Position numbers and translations under genes: made by a program. The notes under the pieces were generated by a model. It made no database searches and was not told the origin of the DNA. It saw only the letters and a program-made list of their open reading frames with translations. A stretch of 63,995 bases of DNA, filler included, from Acidimicrobiia bacterium (lineage in GTDB: Bacteria > Actinomycetota > Acidimicrobiia > Spongiisociales > JAENVV01), in assembly GCA_041577335.1 (NCBI GenBank). It is 3 parts of 3 records of this genome, joined end to end, with 100 filler letters (N's around TTAATTAATTAA, not from the genome) between each part and the next. Parts side by side here need not be neighbours in the genome. Positions count along the whole stretch, not along the records: positions 1 to 24,618 come from JBFGJH010000049.1; positions 24,719 to 49,145 come from JBFGJH010000050.1; 1 more part is not named here. One strand, written 5' to 3'. This document shows, in pieces, positions 20,574-30,394 of this stretch. Within the stretch, counting starts at the first letter, position 1; each line of letters begins with the position of its first letter.

Positions 20574-21455
20574 TTAGGACGGAGATCGTGGCGTCTCGGT
20601 TTCGCGATCCCGTCCGCCGTGGCGCGATTGACGTAACTCCCCCTGCGCGATCATGCGCCTGCCCAAGAGGATGGGGACGGCCTGGCCGACGACGAAGAGA
20701 GCGGCGACGACCAGGACAAGCACCCGGGCGAGGAGGCGTCGCTGGTCCAGTTCGGTTTGTGCCGCCCCGACCAGCTGAAGCGCTTCGTCGGTGGTTGCTT
20801 GGTAGTTGTTGAGGATGGTGTCGGCTTCGGTCACCGACCCAACCAGCTCGGTGAGCTGCGTTTCGACTGTGGTGAGGTCTTCGGCGACGTTGTTGAGGTC
20901 TTCGGCGACTCGGCTGAGCCGGGCCTCCGGGCGCCTCAGCTGTGTCGACAGCTCGGTGAGCTGCGTGCGGATGTCAGTGATGGATTCATCGGGTGCGGTG
21001 TCCGGCCGGAAGTCGATGCCAAAAAGCGAGAGGCCCGACAGGACATCCGTGAGCACTCCGGTCGTGGTGGCGAGTGTGCCGAGCGGTCCCTGTAATGCGT
21101 CGATGCCCTCTGGCACCGTCTCGGCCAGGATCGAGTCGAATTCAATCAGCACGTCGGCGGTTGAGTTGAGGGCAGCGTCGAGGTCAGTGACAGCGAGTTG
21201 TAGTGCTTCGATTCCGCCGCTGCTCGCCTCGAGCGCATCGGCTGCCACATCGATTGTGTCTCCCAACGAGACGAGCGCATCGTCGGTTAGCGATAGCGTG
21301 TCAGATATCGAGTCGACGGCGGCATCAACCAGAAGCCAACCGGCGATGGACGCGACGAGCGACAGCACGAGCCCCACCACGCCTACGGCGAGCAGCAGTC
21401 GTCCGGTGGGCCGGTCGTCGCGGTCCTGGTCCGGCAGTGGAGTCGGGCGATTCAT
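20574..21455 (-). CDS. Hypothetical membrane protein with coiled-coil extracellular region
   Basis: N- and C-terminal TM helices flanking a long helical segment. Confidence 0.7.
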   Translation of the reverse strand: MNRPTPLPDQDRDDRPTGRLLLAVGVVGLVLSLVASIAGWLLVDAAVDSISDTLSLTDDALVSLGDTIDVAADALEASSGGIEALQLAVTDLDAALNSTADVLIEFDSILAETVPEGIDALQGPLGTLATTTGVLTDVLSGLSLFGIDFRPDTAPDESITDIRTQLTELSTQLRRPEARLSRVAEDLNNVAEDLTTVETQLTELVGSVTEADTILNNYQATTDEALQLVGAAQTELDQRRLLARVLVLVVAALFVVGQAVPILLGRRMIAQGELRQSRHGGRDRETETPRSPS

Positions 21456-21612
21456 TCGCTGGAAAGCTACCCGGCGGTGCCTCGTTTCAAACGTATACGG
21501 TCGATCGACTGCGCGATTCCCCTCGAACCTCCGCCGTGTCTCCACGCGGCATTCACGAGTTCTCCACAACTGCTCGAGATCATTCAGTCATCGAATCAAA
21601 GGAAAGGAATCG

Positions 21613-21996
21613 ATGATGTTTGCCCGTCGTAGCCCCTTCAGGTTGTTGCTGCTGGTTGGTCTCGGGGTCTTGCTGGGAGCTCTCCTCTTTGGAGGAGCGG
21701 AGACGGCAGGGGCCGTGGTAGCTGCCCCGCTGATCATCCTGGGCTTCCTGTTCAAGGCTGTTCTGTTGGTCGTCTTGTTCGGCTTCATCGCCAAGATGCT
21801 CGGCGGCTTTGTTGGTCACCGAGGCTGGAGCGGCGATCGTCAACGCTGGGCCGAAGAGGGCCGTGACTGGAGGCGGAAGAACGCCGACTCGGTATCAGCC
21901 GATGGCGAGAATCCGTCGGATCTCTTCGATGAGTGGCATCGGATCGCCCACGGCCGCCAGGAAGTGGATGAGCATACGCCCCCGGTCGAAGACTGA
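21613..21996 (+). CDS. Small membrane protein preceding the two-component system
   Basis: RBS AAGGAAAGG; two TM helices; C-terminal EWHR.AH. Confidence 0.65.
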   Translation: MMFARRSPFRLLLLVGLGVLLGALLFGGAETAGAVVAAPLIILGFLFKAVLLVVLFGFIAKMLGGFVGHRGWSGDRQRWAEEGRDWRRKNADSVSADGENPSDLFDEWHRIAHGRQEVDEHTPPVED

Positions 21997-22014
21997 GCGA
22001 CCAGACTACGAGTC

Positions 22015-22695
22015 ATGAAAACTGTCCTCGTCGTCGATGATGAGCTGAAGATCACCCGCCTGCTGCGCGATTACCTGCAGCAGGCGGGCTTCCGCGTCGT
22101 CACGGCAGCCGATGGACCAGGGGCGCTCACCGTGGCCCGCTCAGAGAGCCCCGACATGATCGTGCTCGATCTCGGCCTGCCGGGCCTCGACGGCCTGGAT
22201 GTGACCCGCGCGCTTCGAGCATCGTCCGATGTCCCCATCATCATTGTTACTGCCCGAGCCGAAGAGTCGGATCGGATTGTTGGCTTGGAGCTCGGCGCAG
22301 ATGACTACCTGGTGAAGCCCTTCAGTCCCAAGGAGCTCGTCGCCAGAGTGCGAGCGGTGCTGCGTCGGGTGGATGCTTCGTTGGAGGCTCCCGAAGTGGT
22401 TAGAGCCGCCGACATCGAGATCGACACTGCCAAGCGAACGGTGAACGTGGATGGCAACATGGTCGATTTGACTCCCACCGAGTTCGATCTGCTGCTTCAC
22501 ATGGCGCGGTCGCCAGGACGGGTCTTCACACGGGCACAGCTTCTCGATGCCTTGCACGGCGTTGCGTTCGAGTCGTATGAACGAGCTATCGACGCCCATG
22601 TGAAGAACATTCGGCGCAAGATCGAGGTTGACCCGACGCAACCCCGGCTGGTTGTGACGGTCTACGGAGTTGGATACAAGTATGCCGATGCATAG
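22015..22695 (+). CDS. OmpR/PhoB family response regulator
   Basis: VVDDE, LDLGLP, GADDY.VKPF, TVYGVGY. Confidence 0.95.
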   Translation: MKTVLVVDDELKITRLLRDYLQQAGFRVVTAADGPGALTVARSESPDMIVLDLGLPGLDGLDVTRALRASSDVPIIIVTARAEESDRIVGLELGADDYLVKPFSPKELVARVRAVLRRVDASLEAPEVVRAADIEIDTAKRTVNVDGNMVDLTPTEFDLLLHMARSPGRVFTRAQLLDALHGVAFESYERAIDAHVKNIRRKIEVDPTQPRLVVTVYGVGYKYADA

Positions 22696-23773
22696 AGGCT
22701 TTCGTGGTGATCCGCAGTGGTGGCCAGAGGGCGAGCACTGGCCACCCCGAGGGGGCCGGGGCTACGAAACGTGGGCAACGTTCGGCAGGCGGCTCTTCGT
22801 CGGCTTTGCACTGTTCCTCGGGGGCCTCGTGGTGATGGCCGTCACCGCCGGCGCGGTCATCGCCACGTCGATCGCCGGCGTGACGTCCTCGAATCGAGTC
22901 GGGGTGGTCCTGACCACTGTGATCTTGCTCGCGGTGGTGGGGTGGTTCATCTGGTTCGTGGCGCGTCGCACCTGGCGTCCGGTGAAGGACCTGATTGGTG
23001 CGACGGGCCGGTTGGCCGACGGTGACTATGGCGCCCGGGTCGATGTGCGGTCGTCGCCGACCATGCGCGCCGTCGGGTCGTCCTTCAATTCGATGGCGGA
23101 GCGCCTCGAAGAGGCCGATGAGCAGCGACGCCGACTGATGTCCGACCTTGGGCATGAGCTTCGGACTCCGCTGGCTGTCATCCGGGGCGAGGTCGAAGCA
23201 GTGGTCGACGGGGTACGCGATGGGGGCCCCGAGCAGATGGCGTCTCTGCTCGATGAGGTAGAAGTTCTCGAAAGGCTTGTCGAGGATCTTCGGATCCTGA
23301 CGCTCTCCGAAGCGGGAAGGCTGCCACTCGAGATGGAGTTGACGGATATGGCCGCACTCGTCTCCGACGTCGCCGATTCGTATTCATCGGCGGCTACGGC
23401 AGCCGGCGTACGCATCTCGGTCGAGGTACCTGCGACACCTTCGACGGTCGAGATGGATCCGGTTCGGATTCGCCAAGCCCTCGCCAATCTCGTCGTGAAC
23501 TCGTTGAGGGCGATGCCGGGTGGTGGATCGTTGACTCTCAAAGTCTCCGCGCATGACGATCGCATCGTCGTGGCGGTGGCGGACACAGGAGTGGGCATCG
23601 ACCCGGACGAGCTGCCTGTCGTGTTCGATCGGTTCGTGAAGTCTGAGGACTCGCCCGGGAGCGGCCTAGGCCTGTCCATAGCGCGCGGCCTCGTCCGGTC
23701 CCATGGCGGCGATCTCCAGATACCGACATCCGGCCCCGGTGGCACGACGGCCACACTGTGGCTGCCACGTTGA
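22682..23773 (+). CDS. HAMP-domain sensor histidine kinase (BaeS-like)
   Basis: HELRTPL, NLVVNS, DTGVG, GSGLGL; 2 TM helices. Confidence 0.92.
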   Translation: MPMHRGFRGDPQWWPEGEHWPPRGGRGYETWATFGRRLFVGFALFLGGLVVMAVTAGAVIATSIAGVTSSNRVGVVLTTVILLAVVGWFIWFVARRTWRPVKDLIGATGRLADGDYGARVDVRSSPTMRAVGSSFNSMAERLEEADEQRRRLMSDLGHELRTPLAVIRGEVEAVVDGVRDGGPEQMASLLDEVEVLERLVEDLRILTLSEAGRLPLEMELTDMAALVSDVADSYSSAATAAGVRISVEVPATPSTVEMDPVRIRQALANLVVNSLRAMPGGGSLTLKVSAHDDRIVVAVADTGVGIDPDELPVVFDRFVKSEDSPGSGLGLSIARGLVRSHGGDLQIPTSGPGGTTATLWLPR

Positions 23774-23813
23774 CGTGGCAGCAGGCTCGAACCTGCCGAG
23801 GCGAGCCCTTCAG

Positions 23814-24428
23814 CTAGTCGGCAAGGCTGACGTCTGATCCGCCTGTGCTGTTGATGGACACCTCAGTTGGATTGCCGAAGACCGTCACGTTCGATCCGCC
23901 AGACGCCTCACCAGTGACGGTTTGGCTGGCGAAGACGACCACCTCTGATCCACCGCTTGCCTCGAGTTCGACGGTGCGTGCTGCCATGTCGGTCAAATCG
24001 ACATCCGAACCACCCGATGCCTGTACCTGGATCGCGTTCTCGGCTCCTGAGCCGATGACATCGGCCCCTCCGCTGGCGATGACCGCTTCCAGCGAAGGCA
24101 TGATGACTGCCACGAACCGGCCGGCCCCGGTGAACTGGGCGCCACCATCGAACTCGACGATCAGGGTGCTGCCGCTGACCCGAGTCACCACGCGGTCAAG
24201 CAAGTTGTCGTCGAAGGTGACCGTGACTTCCTGAGTTGCGTCTGGCTCCACGAGGAGATCGACGGCCATTCCGCCGCTGACCTCCACCCGGTTGAAGGTA
24301 TCAACCTCACGTTGCTCGGTGATGATGTCACCGGAACCGACGGCACCACAGGCACTGAGCACGAGCGTGACGGCGACGGCCAAAACGGTCCGTTTGTTCA
24401 ATGTGCTCGTCCGCAGGCGCGACGCCAT
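23814..24428 (-). CDS. DUF2807 (head GIN) domain lipoprotein
   Basis: Lipobox LSAC; repeated ASGGS beta-helix units; DDNLL. Confidence 0.8.
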   Translation of the reverse strand: MASRLRTSTLNKRTVLAVAVTLVLSACGAVGSGDIITEQREVDTFNRVEVSGGMAVDLLVEPDATQEVTVTFDDNLLDRVVTRVSGSTLIVEFDGGAQFTGAGRFVAVIMPSLEAVIASGGADVIGSGAENAIQVQASGGSDVDLTDMAARTVELEASGGSEVVVFASQTVTGEASGGSNVTVFGNPTEVSINSTGGSDVSLAD

Positions 24429-24618
24429 CAACAGCCTCCCGGTCGTGGCCTGAGGGCATCGGAGCACACAGCCACAGCAGGGGAGTAGAGGCAAAAGTCC
24501 TCACATGATCGCCGGCGATGTTGTGCTGGCGTCGGGTTGGAAGGCGCCCATGCGGAGAGGGACGAGGTGGGTGGCCGCACATTGATCGCCAACGCCGACC
24601 CGGTCTGTGAGGCTCCCG

Positions 24619-24718
24619 NNNNNNNNNNNNNNNNNNNNNNNNNNNNNNNNNNNNNNNNNNNNTTAATTAATTAANNNNNNNNNNNNNNNNNNNNNNNNNN
24701 NNNNNNNNNNNNNNNNNN
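24619..24718. other. Artificial contig linker (N-run with TTAATTAATTAA)
   Basis: Ns flanking a six-frame stop linker. Confidence 0.99.
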
Positions 24719-24846
24719 AGGGACCATTCAGGCCTGCCCCTTATGTTCTTGATGTGTCCGGGGGATGGGACGTGCCAGAGCGAGGGGCGCTCACTTTTCG
24801 GGGGGGGAAGGTGAGCGCCCCTTCCTGGCTTGAGGAGGGCTCATCA

Positions 24847-25023
24847 ATGAAGACGTTCATCGTTCGGATCTGGCGGGAGACAACCGAGGTGCCGCACGAT
24901 CTGCGGGGCACGGTGCACGACGTGGAATCCGGCGATCGACACATGTTCCAATCGCCCACTGAACTGCTGAACCTGCTTCGTCCTTCGGTCGACCCTACCC
25001 AGCTCGACAGGAGCGATCGGTAA
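24847..25023 (+). CDS. Small hypothetical protein (58 aa) directly upstream of the STAND regulator
   Basis: RBS GAGGAGG; MKTFIVRIWRE...RGTVHDVESG...FQSPTELL; stop is 2 nt from the next start. Confidence 0.65.
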   Translation: MKTFIVRIWRETTEVPHDLRGTVHDVESGDRHMFQSPTELLNLLRPSVDPTQLDRSDR

Positions 25024-25025
25024 CC

Positions 25026-28000
25026 TTGGCCGATGGAGTCGCCGATCTGCTCGTGAGCAACCGAACCGATCCTCCGCCCGGAATCATCATCGCCAGGCCC
25101 CGTCTCGAGCGCCAGCTGACTGCCGGGCTCGGATATCGGCTGACGACGCTGATCTCGGGTGCGGGAGCAGGCAAGACAGTGCTCCTCCGCTCCTGGGCTC
25201 AAGAGCATCGTGTGGCCTGGCACACCGTGACGTCGGCCGATGAGGTGCTGGTGGACTTCGTCCGGTCTGTCGTCGATGCGCTCCGCCTTCGATTTCCGCG
25301 ACTTTCTTCTGAGCTCTCCCTCGCAGTCGAAGGCGTTCGAGGCCCGGACCGTCTCGGCGATGATGAGACACGCGCCGAGGGCCTGGCCGGCTTGTTGGCG
25401 CAAGAACTCGCGTCGCTGGAGGGAAGCCGGCCGATCGTCCTCATCCTCGATGACGTTCATCAGCTCACCAAGGCCGGCGCCCGATTCGTCGCCAGTTTGG
25501 CGATCAACTCCCCGGGCCGAGTCCACCTCTACTGCGCGTCCCGCGAATCAATGCCGTTTGCCGTCACGCGGCTCGCCCTCGATGGCCACCATCTCGACAT
25601 CCCGGCAGCCGAGCTTTCGTTCACAGCAGCCGAAGCGGAGCAGCTCCTGGCCATGCTGATCGAAGCGCCAGATCCGCAAGTCGCCCAAGAACTCATCGAA
25701 CGGACCGCAGGATGGCCGGCGGCCGCCCGGCTCGCGGTAGAGGCAATGCGCGCCAAAGGCACCATGGACCTCGACACGATCTTGTCTGACACCCGGGGAA
25801 CGGCGCTGTTCGACTTTCTTGGCGAGACGGTGACGGAGACCGAGACCAACGACGTTCGCCACGTACTCGAGGTGGCGGCGATCTTGCCGTGGATCGCGCC
25901 TGACCTGGCCGATCATCTGGGGGCGGGGAAGGGATCTGCCAGCCTGGCGACGGCTGTCCAGCGCCGTATCTACTTCGTGGAGCACGACCGGTGGCCCGGA
26001 GCCCATCGCCTCGCTCCGGTAATGCGAGCATTCGTGAGCGGACCCGACTCTGCGGCTGAGATCGACGCTTCCCAAGTCCTAGAGGAAGCGGGCAGATGGT
26101 ACGAACGAGTCACTGCGTTCCCCGAAGCGATCGAGTCTTTCCAACGAGCAGGCGCTCTCGACGCCTGCACCGACCTGCTCCTCGAACACGGAACTGCCGT
26201 TCTCTCCGGCCTCCCCGATCGAGTCGTTTCGTTGTGCGTGGACTTGCCTTCCGCGGCGCGAACGCAAGCGATCGTTCAGCTGGAGGGCGAGGCGCGTCAG
26301 ATGATTGGAGATTGGGAGGGCGCCCTCCGGTGCTATCAGAGCATCGCCAGCGATTCGGAAAGCCTGGACGCTGCTTTGGCCTGGCGGTATGGGCTCTTGC
26401 ACCACCTCCGGGGCGAGCTCGACGAAGCGCTGGATGTCTACCGCCGGGGTGCCGTCGACAAGACAGACCCAGCCAACGCCGCCTTGCTATACGGTTGGAC
26501 CGCCTCCGCACGGTGGCTCAAGGGAGAGCACGAGTCAACCAGGCTCCTCGCCCAAGAATCAATGGTCGCGGCATTGGAGTCGGGCGAGCCGCGAGCCCTG
26601 GCCTGCGCTCACACCGTTGCGGCCATGGTGGCGGCGCTCGACGGCGACCGCAATGCCAACGACGCTCACTACCTTCGAGCGCTCGAACACGCCGAGCGGG
26701 CCCAAGACTTGCTCCAGACTGTCCGCATTCGCGCCAACCGTGGTTCGTTGAGTCTCGAGGAGGGGGCCTACAACCAGGCGCTCGAGGAGCTGGATATTGC
26801 TCTGCGCCTTGCCGACCTCGCTGGATTCGCCTCCTTACGGGCGCTCGCTCTGAGCAACCGTGGCCAGGTACATTCTCACCAGGGACGGCTCGAGGAGGCG
26901 ATCGCCGACCTGGAGGACGCCCGGCGCGGGTTCCGGGCCAATAGCTCGACACTGGAGTCCTACGCGCTGGGACACATCGGTGACGTCTACCTGGTGCGCG
27001 GCGACCGAGCTCTTGCCCAAGCCGCATATGAACAAGCGATCGCGCTTTCTGAGCGAACGGGCGATCTGCAGGGGCTGGTCCCCGCCTTGGCCGGCCTCAG
27101 CCGGCTGCTGGTCTCCGATGACCTCCCCCAAGCTGCCGAGCTCGCCGATCGTGCCATAGCCAATTCAGCGGTTCTCGGCCATGTTGAAGCGCTCCTTGCG
27201 TCGGCCGAGGTCGCATTGGCGGCCGGGGACCACGAGAGGGCCGGCGAGGTGGCGGGCAAGGCGGCCGAGTTGGCAAGGACTCGACGCGACCGTCCCGGCC
27301 TCGCCACGGCGTTCGAACTGCTTGGCAGGGCGCAACCGGAGCGCGCCGGCGATCACTTTCGACAAGCGCGTAGCATCTGGGAGAACGTCGGCGATCCGGT
27401 GAGAGTGGCCGGACTCGATTTGGCGATGGCCCATGCCGATGTCGTCGAAAACCAGGCTGAGCTTGCCCAATCGGCAATTCAACGGTTACAAAGGCTCGGC
27501 GCCCATGGGCTCATCGGAGCCGACGCACTCTCGCTCACCACGCCGCCGAAGGGTCCCGACATCACCATCCGGACGCTGGGAGGCTTTGCTGTCGTGCGGC
27601 ACGGCGTGGTGGTCCCCGCCAACGAATGGCAATCCAAGAAGGCCCGCGAGCTGCTCAAGATTCTCGTTTCCATGCGGGGGCGAACCCAGCACCGCGAGGT
27701 CATCATGGATCTGCTGTGGCCGGGAGATGACCCGTCCAAGGCGGCAAACCGCTTGTCCGTAGCTCTCTCCACTGTGCGCAGCATTCTCGATCCGGGGAAG
27801 GCGAACGAACCCGATCGGTACATCGTCGGAGACCGCGACTCGGTGGGCCTCAACATGAGCGAGCTGGCAGTCGACGCCGAACAGTTCATGACGCAGGCCG
27901 AACGCGGGCTCGCCCTTTGGCGGCAGGGCGACCGGGCGCCCGGCCGATCGATCCTGGAGGCCGCCGAAGCCACCTACCTCGGCGACTTCCTCGAAGAGGA

Positions 28001-28286
28001 TCTGTACGCGGACTGGTCGGTGACGATCCGCGAAGAATGCCGCTCGACGTACTTGCAGATCGCCGAGGTGCTGGCAGACGCCTTCACAGCCGAGGGAGAC
28101 CACGACGGGGCCAGCCGGCTCTATCTCCGAATTCTCGAGCGGGATGAGTTTCACGAGCCGGCCCATCTCGGTCTGGTGACCGCAATGACCAGGCTGGGCC
28201 GCCACGGCGCTGCTCGCCGCATCTACAGCCAATATATGAGCCGCATGCGGGAACTCGACGTTGAGCCCGCTGCGTTCCCCCGTTAG
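25026..28286 (+). CDS. MalT-like NTPase-TPR regulator with C-terminal SARP wHTH/BTAD domain
   Basis: Walker A GAGAGKT, Walker B LILDDVH, TAGWP, TPR helices, then TLGGF...W.SKKA..LLK, LWP, VDAEQF, EPAH. Confidence 0.88.
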   Translation: MADGVADLLVSNRTDPPPGIIIARPRLERQLTAGLGYRLTTLISGAGAGKTVLLRSWAQEHRVAWHTVTSADEVLVDFVRSVVDALRLRFPRLSSELSLAVEGVRGPDRLGDDETRAEGLAGLLAQELASLEGSRPIVLILDDVHQLTKAGARFVASLAINSPGRVHLYCASRESMPFAVTRLALDGHHLDIPAAELSFTAAEAEQLLAMLIEAPDPQVAQELIERTAGWPAAARLAVEAMRAKGTMDLDTILSDTRGTALFDFLGETVTETETNDVRHVLEVAAILPWIAPDLADHLGAGKGSASLATAVQRRIYFVEHDRWPGAHRLAPVMRAFVSGPDSAAEIDASQVLEEAGRWYERVTAFPEAIESFQRAGALDACTDLLLEHGTAVLSGLPDRVVSLCVDLPSAARTQAIVQLEGEARQMIGDWEGALRCYQSIASDSESLDAALAWRYGLLHHLRGELDEALDVYRRGAVDKTDPANAALLYGWTASARWLKGEHESTRLLAQESMVAALESGEPRALACAHTVAAMVAALDGDRNANDAHYLRALEHAERAQDLLQTVRIRANRGSLSLEEGAYNQALEELDIALRLADLAGFASLRALALSNRGQVHSHQGRLEEAIADLEDARRGFRANSSTLESYALGHIGDVYLVRGDRALAQAAYEQAIALSERTGDLQGLVPALAGLSRLLVSDDLPQAAELADRAIANSAVLGHVEALLASAEVALAAGDHERAGEVAGKAAELARTRRDRPGLATAFELLGRAQPERAGDHFRQARSIWENVGDPVRVAGLDLAMAHADVVENQAELAQSAIQRLQRLGAHGLIGADALSLTTPPKGPDITIRTLGGFAVVRHGVVVPANEWQSKKARELLKILVSMRGRTQHREVIMDLLWPGDDPSKAANRLSVALSTVRSILDPGKANEPDRYIVGDRDSVGLNMSELAVDAEQFMTQAERGLALWRQGDRAPGRSILEAAEATYLGDFLEEDLYADWSVTIREECRSTYLQIAEVLADAFTAEGDHDGASRLYLRILERDEFHEPAHLGLVTAMTRLGRHGAARRIYSQYMSRMRELDVEPAAFPR

Positions 28287-28345
28287 TCAGATCCCCCGCC
28301 GGATCATCCCGTCGAAGCACGAGGCTCGACACGTGACGCGCCCGC

Positions 28346-29458
28346 TCAGGTGATACGGTCGACGAAGGGGACTTCGGAGACCGTGCCGGTATGCGGTCCC
28401 TCGGGAGCTTCAACGACGACCTCGGTGCCCAACTCGGCGACCGCGATATCGAGGAGCGCCAGCGCCAACGTCTGCCCAAAGCGTGGCGACCATGTCATCG
28501 AACCGATTCGGCCAACCAGTTCACCGCCGACGGTCACAGGAAGGAGGGTGGTATTCCCGGAGAGCGGCTCGGCGATTCTGATTCCCATCATCCGGCGGCT
28601 CGCTCCCACTTCTTTCACTCGCGTCAGTGCCGCTTTCCCGATGAAGTCGTCGTCGGAATCGAAGGCAACCAGGCGGTCGAATCCCAACTCCAGCGGATTC
28701 ACCCGATCGTCCATATCGGATCCGTAGGAGAGGATTCCACCTTCGATTCGACGGATCTGGTTGGGGGCGGCCGGCTTGACGCCGTGTGGGGCGCCCGCTT
28801 CGAACAACCGATCCCAGAGCCAGCCACCCTTGGAACCGTCGCGCAGAAACACCTCATAACCGAATTCGCCACTCCATCCTGTGCGGCTCACGACCACCGG
28901 CACGCCATCGAGGTCGGTCTCGACGAATCGGTAGTACCGCATGTCCGCTGCGTCGTCGCCGAACAAGGTCCTGATCACGTCGATCGACTTTGGGCCCTGG
29001 ACCTGAAGCGGCGAGACATCGGGCTCGACAACTTGTACGTCGTAGCCGCCGAGAAACGCGATCGCCTGGGCCCAGAGGAGGATGTCGCGATCAGCGAGGG
29101 ACATCCAGAAGTGGTCGTCTGCCAGACGCAGGATCACCGGATCGTTGAGAATGCCGCCGTCAGGATTGCAGATGAAGGTGTAGCGAGCCTGCCCCACCTC
29201 GACCTTGGAGATATCTCGAGTGCACAGGTACTGCATGAGGCGGGCGGCGTCCGGGCCTTTGACCTCGACCTGCCGCTCGCCGGCCACATCCCAGATCGTC
29301 ACTGCGTTGATCAAAGCCTCGTACTCGGCAAGGCCCCCCTCGTATGCCGATGGGAGGAGCATGTGGTTGTAGACAGTGAACGAAGAGACTCCGGCCTCCA
29401 CGGTCTTGTCGAAGTAGGGCGAGGGCCGCAGCCGAGGCGATCGTCCGAGGGGAAACAT
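28346..29458 (-). CDS. GcvT-family folate-dependent aminomethyltransferase/demethylase (DmdA-like)
   Basis: VYNHMLLP, WDVAGERQVE, ILNDPV, QGPKS, RTGWSGEFGYE. Confidence 0.85.
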   Translation of the reverse strand: MFPLGRSPRLRPSPYFDKTVEAGVSSFTVYNHMLLPSAYEGGLAEYEALINAVTIWDVAGERQVEVKGPDAARLMQYLCTRDISKVEVGQARYTFICNPDGGILNDPVILRLADDHFWMSLADRDILLWAQAIAFLGGYDVQVVEPDVSPLQVQGPKSIDVIRTLFGDDAADMRYYRFVETDLDGVPVVVSRTGWSGEFGYEVFLRDGSKGGWLWDRLFEAGAPHGVKPAAPNQIRRIEGGILSYGSDMDDRVNPLELGFDRLVAFDSDDDFIGKAALTRVKEVGASRRMMGIRIAEPLSGNTTLLPVTVGGELVGRIGSMTWSPRFGQTLALALLDIAVAELGTEVVVEAPEGPHTGTVSEVPFVDRIT

Positions 29459-29844
29459 CAGTCGCTCCAATCGAGATCGTGGTTGACGAGTCCCTGCTGG
29501 AGGGTGTGGTAATCCGAGGCGTGCGACACGAACAAGGCTTCGGTGGTGCTCAGGTGGGTGGGAGGGTCGAGCGTGCCCGCCGTGATGGACATTGTGTGCG
29601 GCTGGTCGGTGGCTCGCCAGAACAACGACGCCCCACACCGGCTACAGAACCCGTACTCCACGTTGTCGACCGGATACCACGACAGCGTGGTTTCCTCGAT
29701 CGTCAGGTCCGCGGCTTCGCACGCGGTGGCGGCCATGAAGTGCCCGGTCGTGCGTCGGCACCGGTCGCAATGACAGTTGATCACCGATCGCAGCTCACCG
29801 GCGATCTCATATCGAACACCCCCACAAAGACAATGTCCAGTCAT
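29458..29844 (-). CDS. GFA (glutathione-dependent formaldehyde-activating) family protein
   Basis: GHCLCG, CHCDRC, FCSRCG; TGATG coupling to the GcvT gene. Confidence 0.9.
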   Translation of the reverse strand: MTGHCLCGGVRYEIAGELRSVINCHCDRCRRTTGHFMAATACEAADLTIEETTLSWYPVDNVEYGFCSRCGASLFWRATDQPHTMSITAGTLDPPTHLSTTEALFVSHASDYHTLQQGLVNHDLDWSD

Positions 29845-29881
29845 AACGCCGAGAGACTAGGGGTTGTGCGGGTGACCGTCA

Positions 29882-30257
29882 TTTCTCCCTCCAGCGAGGC
29901 TTCAGCCGAACGTGCAGTTGCACAGCAACTGCAGACGAGAACGCTGCGACGTTCTCGCGGTGGGGGGAGTGGCGTCTGCCAGTGTGGAGAACGCTGTGCG
30001 TTCTCCATTGCAGTTGCAAAGCAACTGCACGGCGACGACGAGGGGGGCCCGAAGCGAAGCGAAGGGTTCGTGCCCACCACCGCAACAATGGTCTCGGGGA
30101 AACCTACGTCGTCGTCACCCCGTTCCTCCTCCGCCCCCTCCGCTTCCGCCTACCGGCGGAACCACCTCCGTGCAGTTGCGACGCAACTGCATTCGAGAAC
30201 GCTGCGACGTTCTCGCGTTGGGGGGAGTTTGAGGGGGCGGCTCCGCCTCCCCCTCAA
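29882..30257. repeat. Composite palindromic repeat (family A units at 29912, 29987 inverted, 30170; module C at 30229)
   Basis: GTGCAGTTGC-N3-GCAACTGCA + GAGAACG..CGTTCTC hairpins; similar to 62341-62582 and 63817-63984. Confidence 0.85.
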
Positions 30258-30261
30258 TAGG

Positions 30262-30376
30262 GAGGCACGGCGGCGTGTACGCCGTGCTGACAGATGGGGG
30301 CGGCCGGAGGGCCGCACGACCAGATCGGAGCCACGCCGAAGGCGAGGCGCAGCCGATCGAATCCTGATTCGATCGG
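30262..30376. repeat. Family B four-hairpin intergenic repeat
   Basis: Matches 36589-36705, 37383-37508 and 52092-52179. Confidence 0.85.
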
Positions 30377-30394
30377 AACGGTTAGCGTCCCACA

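Noticed and set aside
20806..21612. Long N-terminal extension of the ORF ending at 21996
   Set aside because: Antisense to the 20574-21455 gene; the RBS supports a start at 21613.
24619..24718. TTAATTAATTAA motif within Ns (also at 49146-49245)
   Set aside because: Artificial concatenation linker; genes across it are not true neighbours.
29912..30214. Palindromic repeats as a CRISPR array
   Set aside because: No regular repeat-spacer period, mixed orientation, inter-repeat sequence itself repeated elsewhere, and no cas genes.
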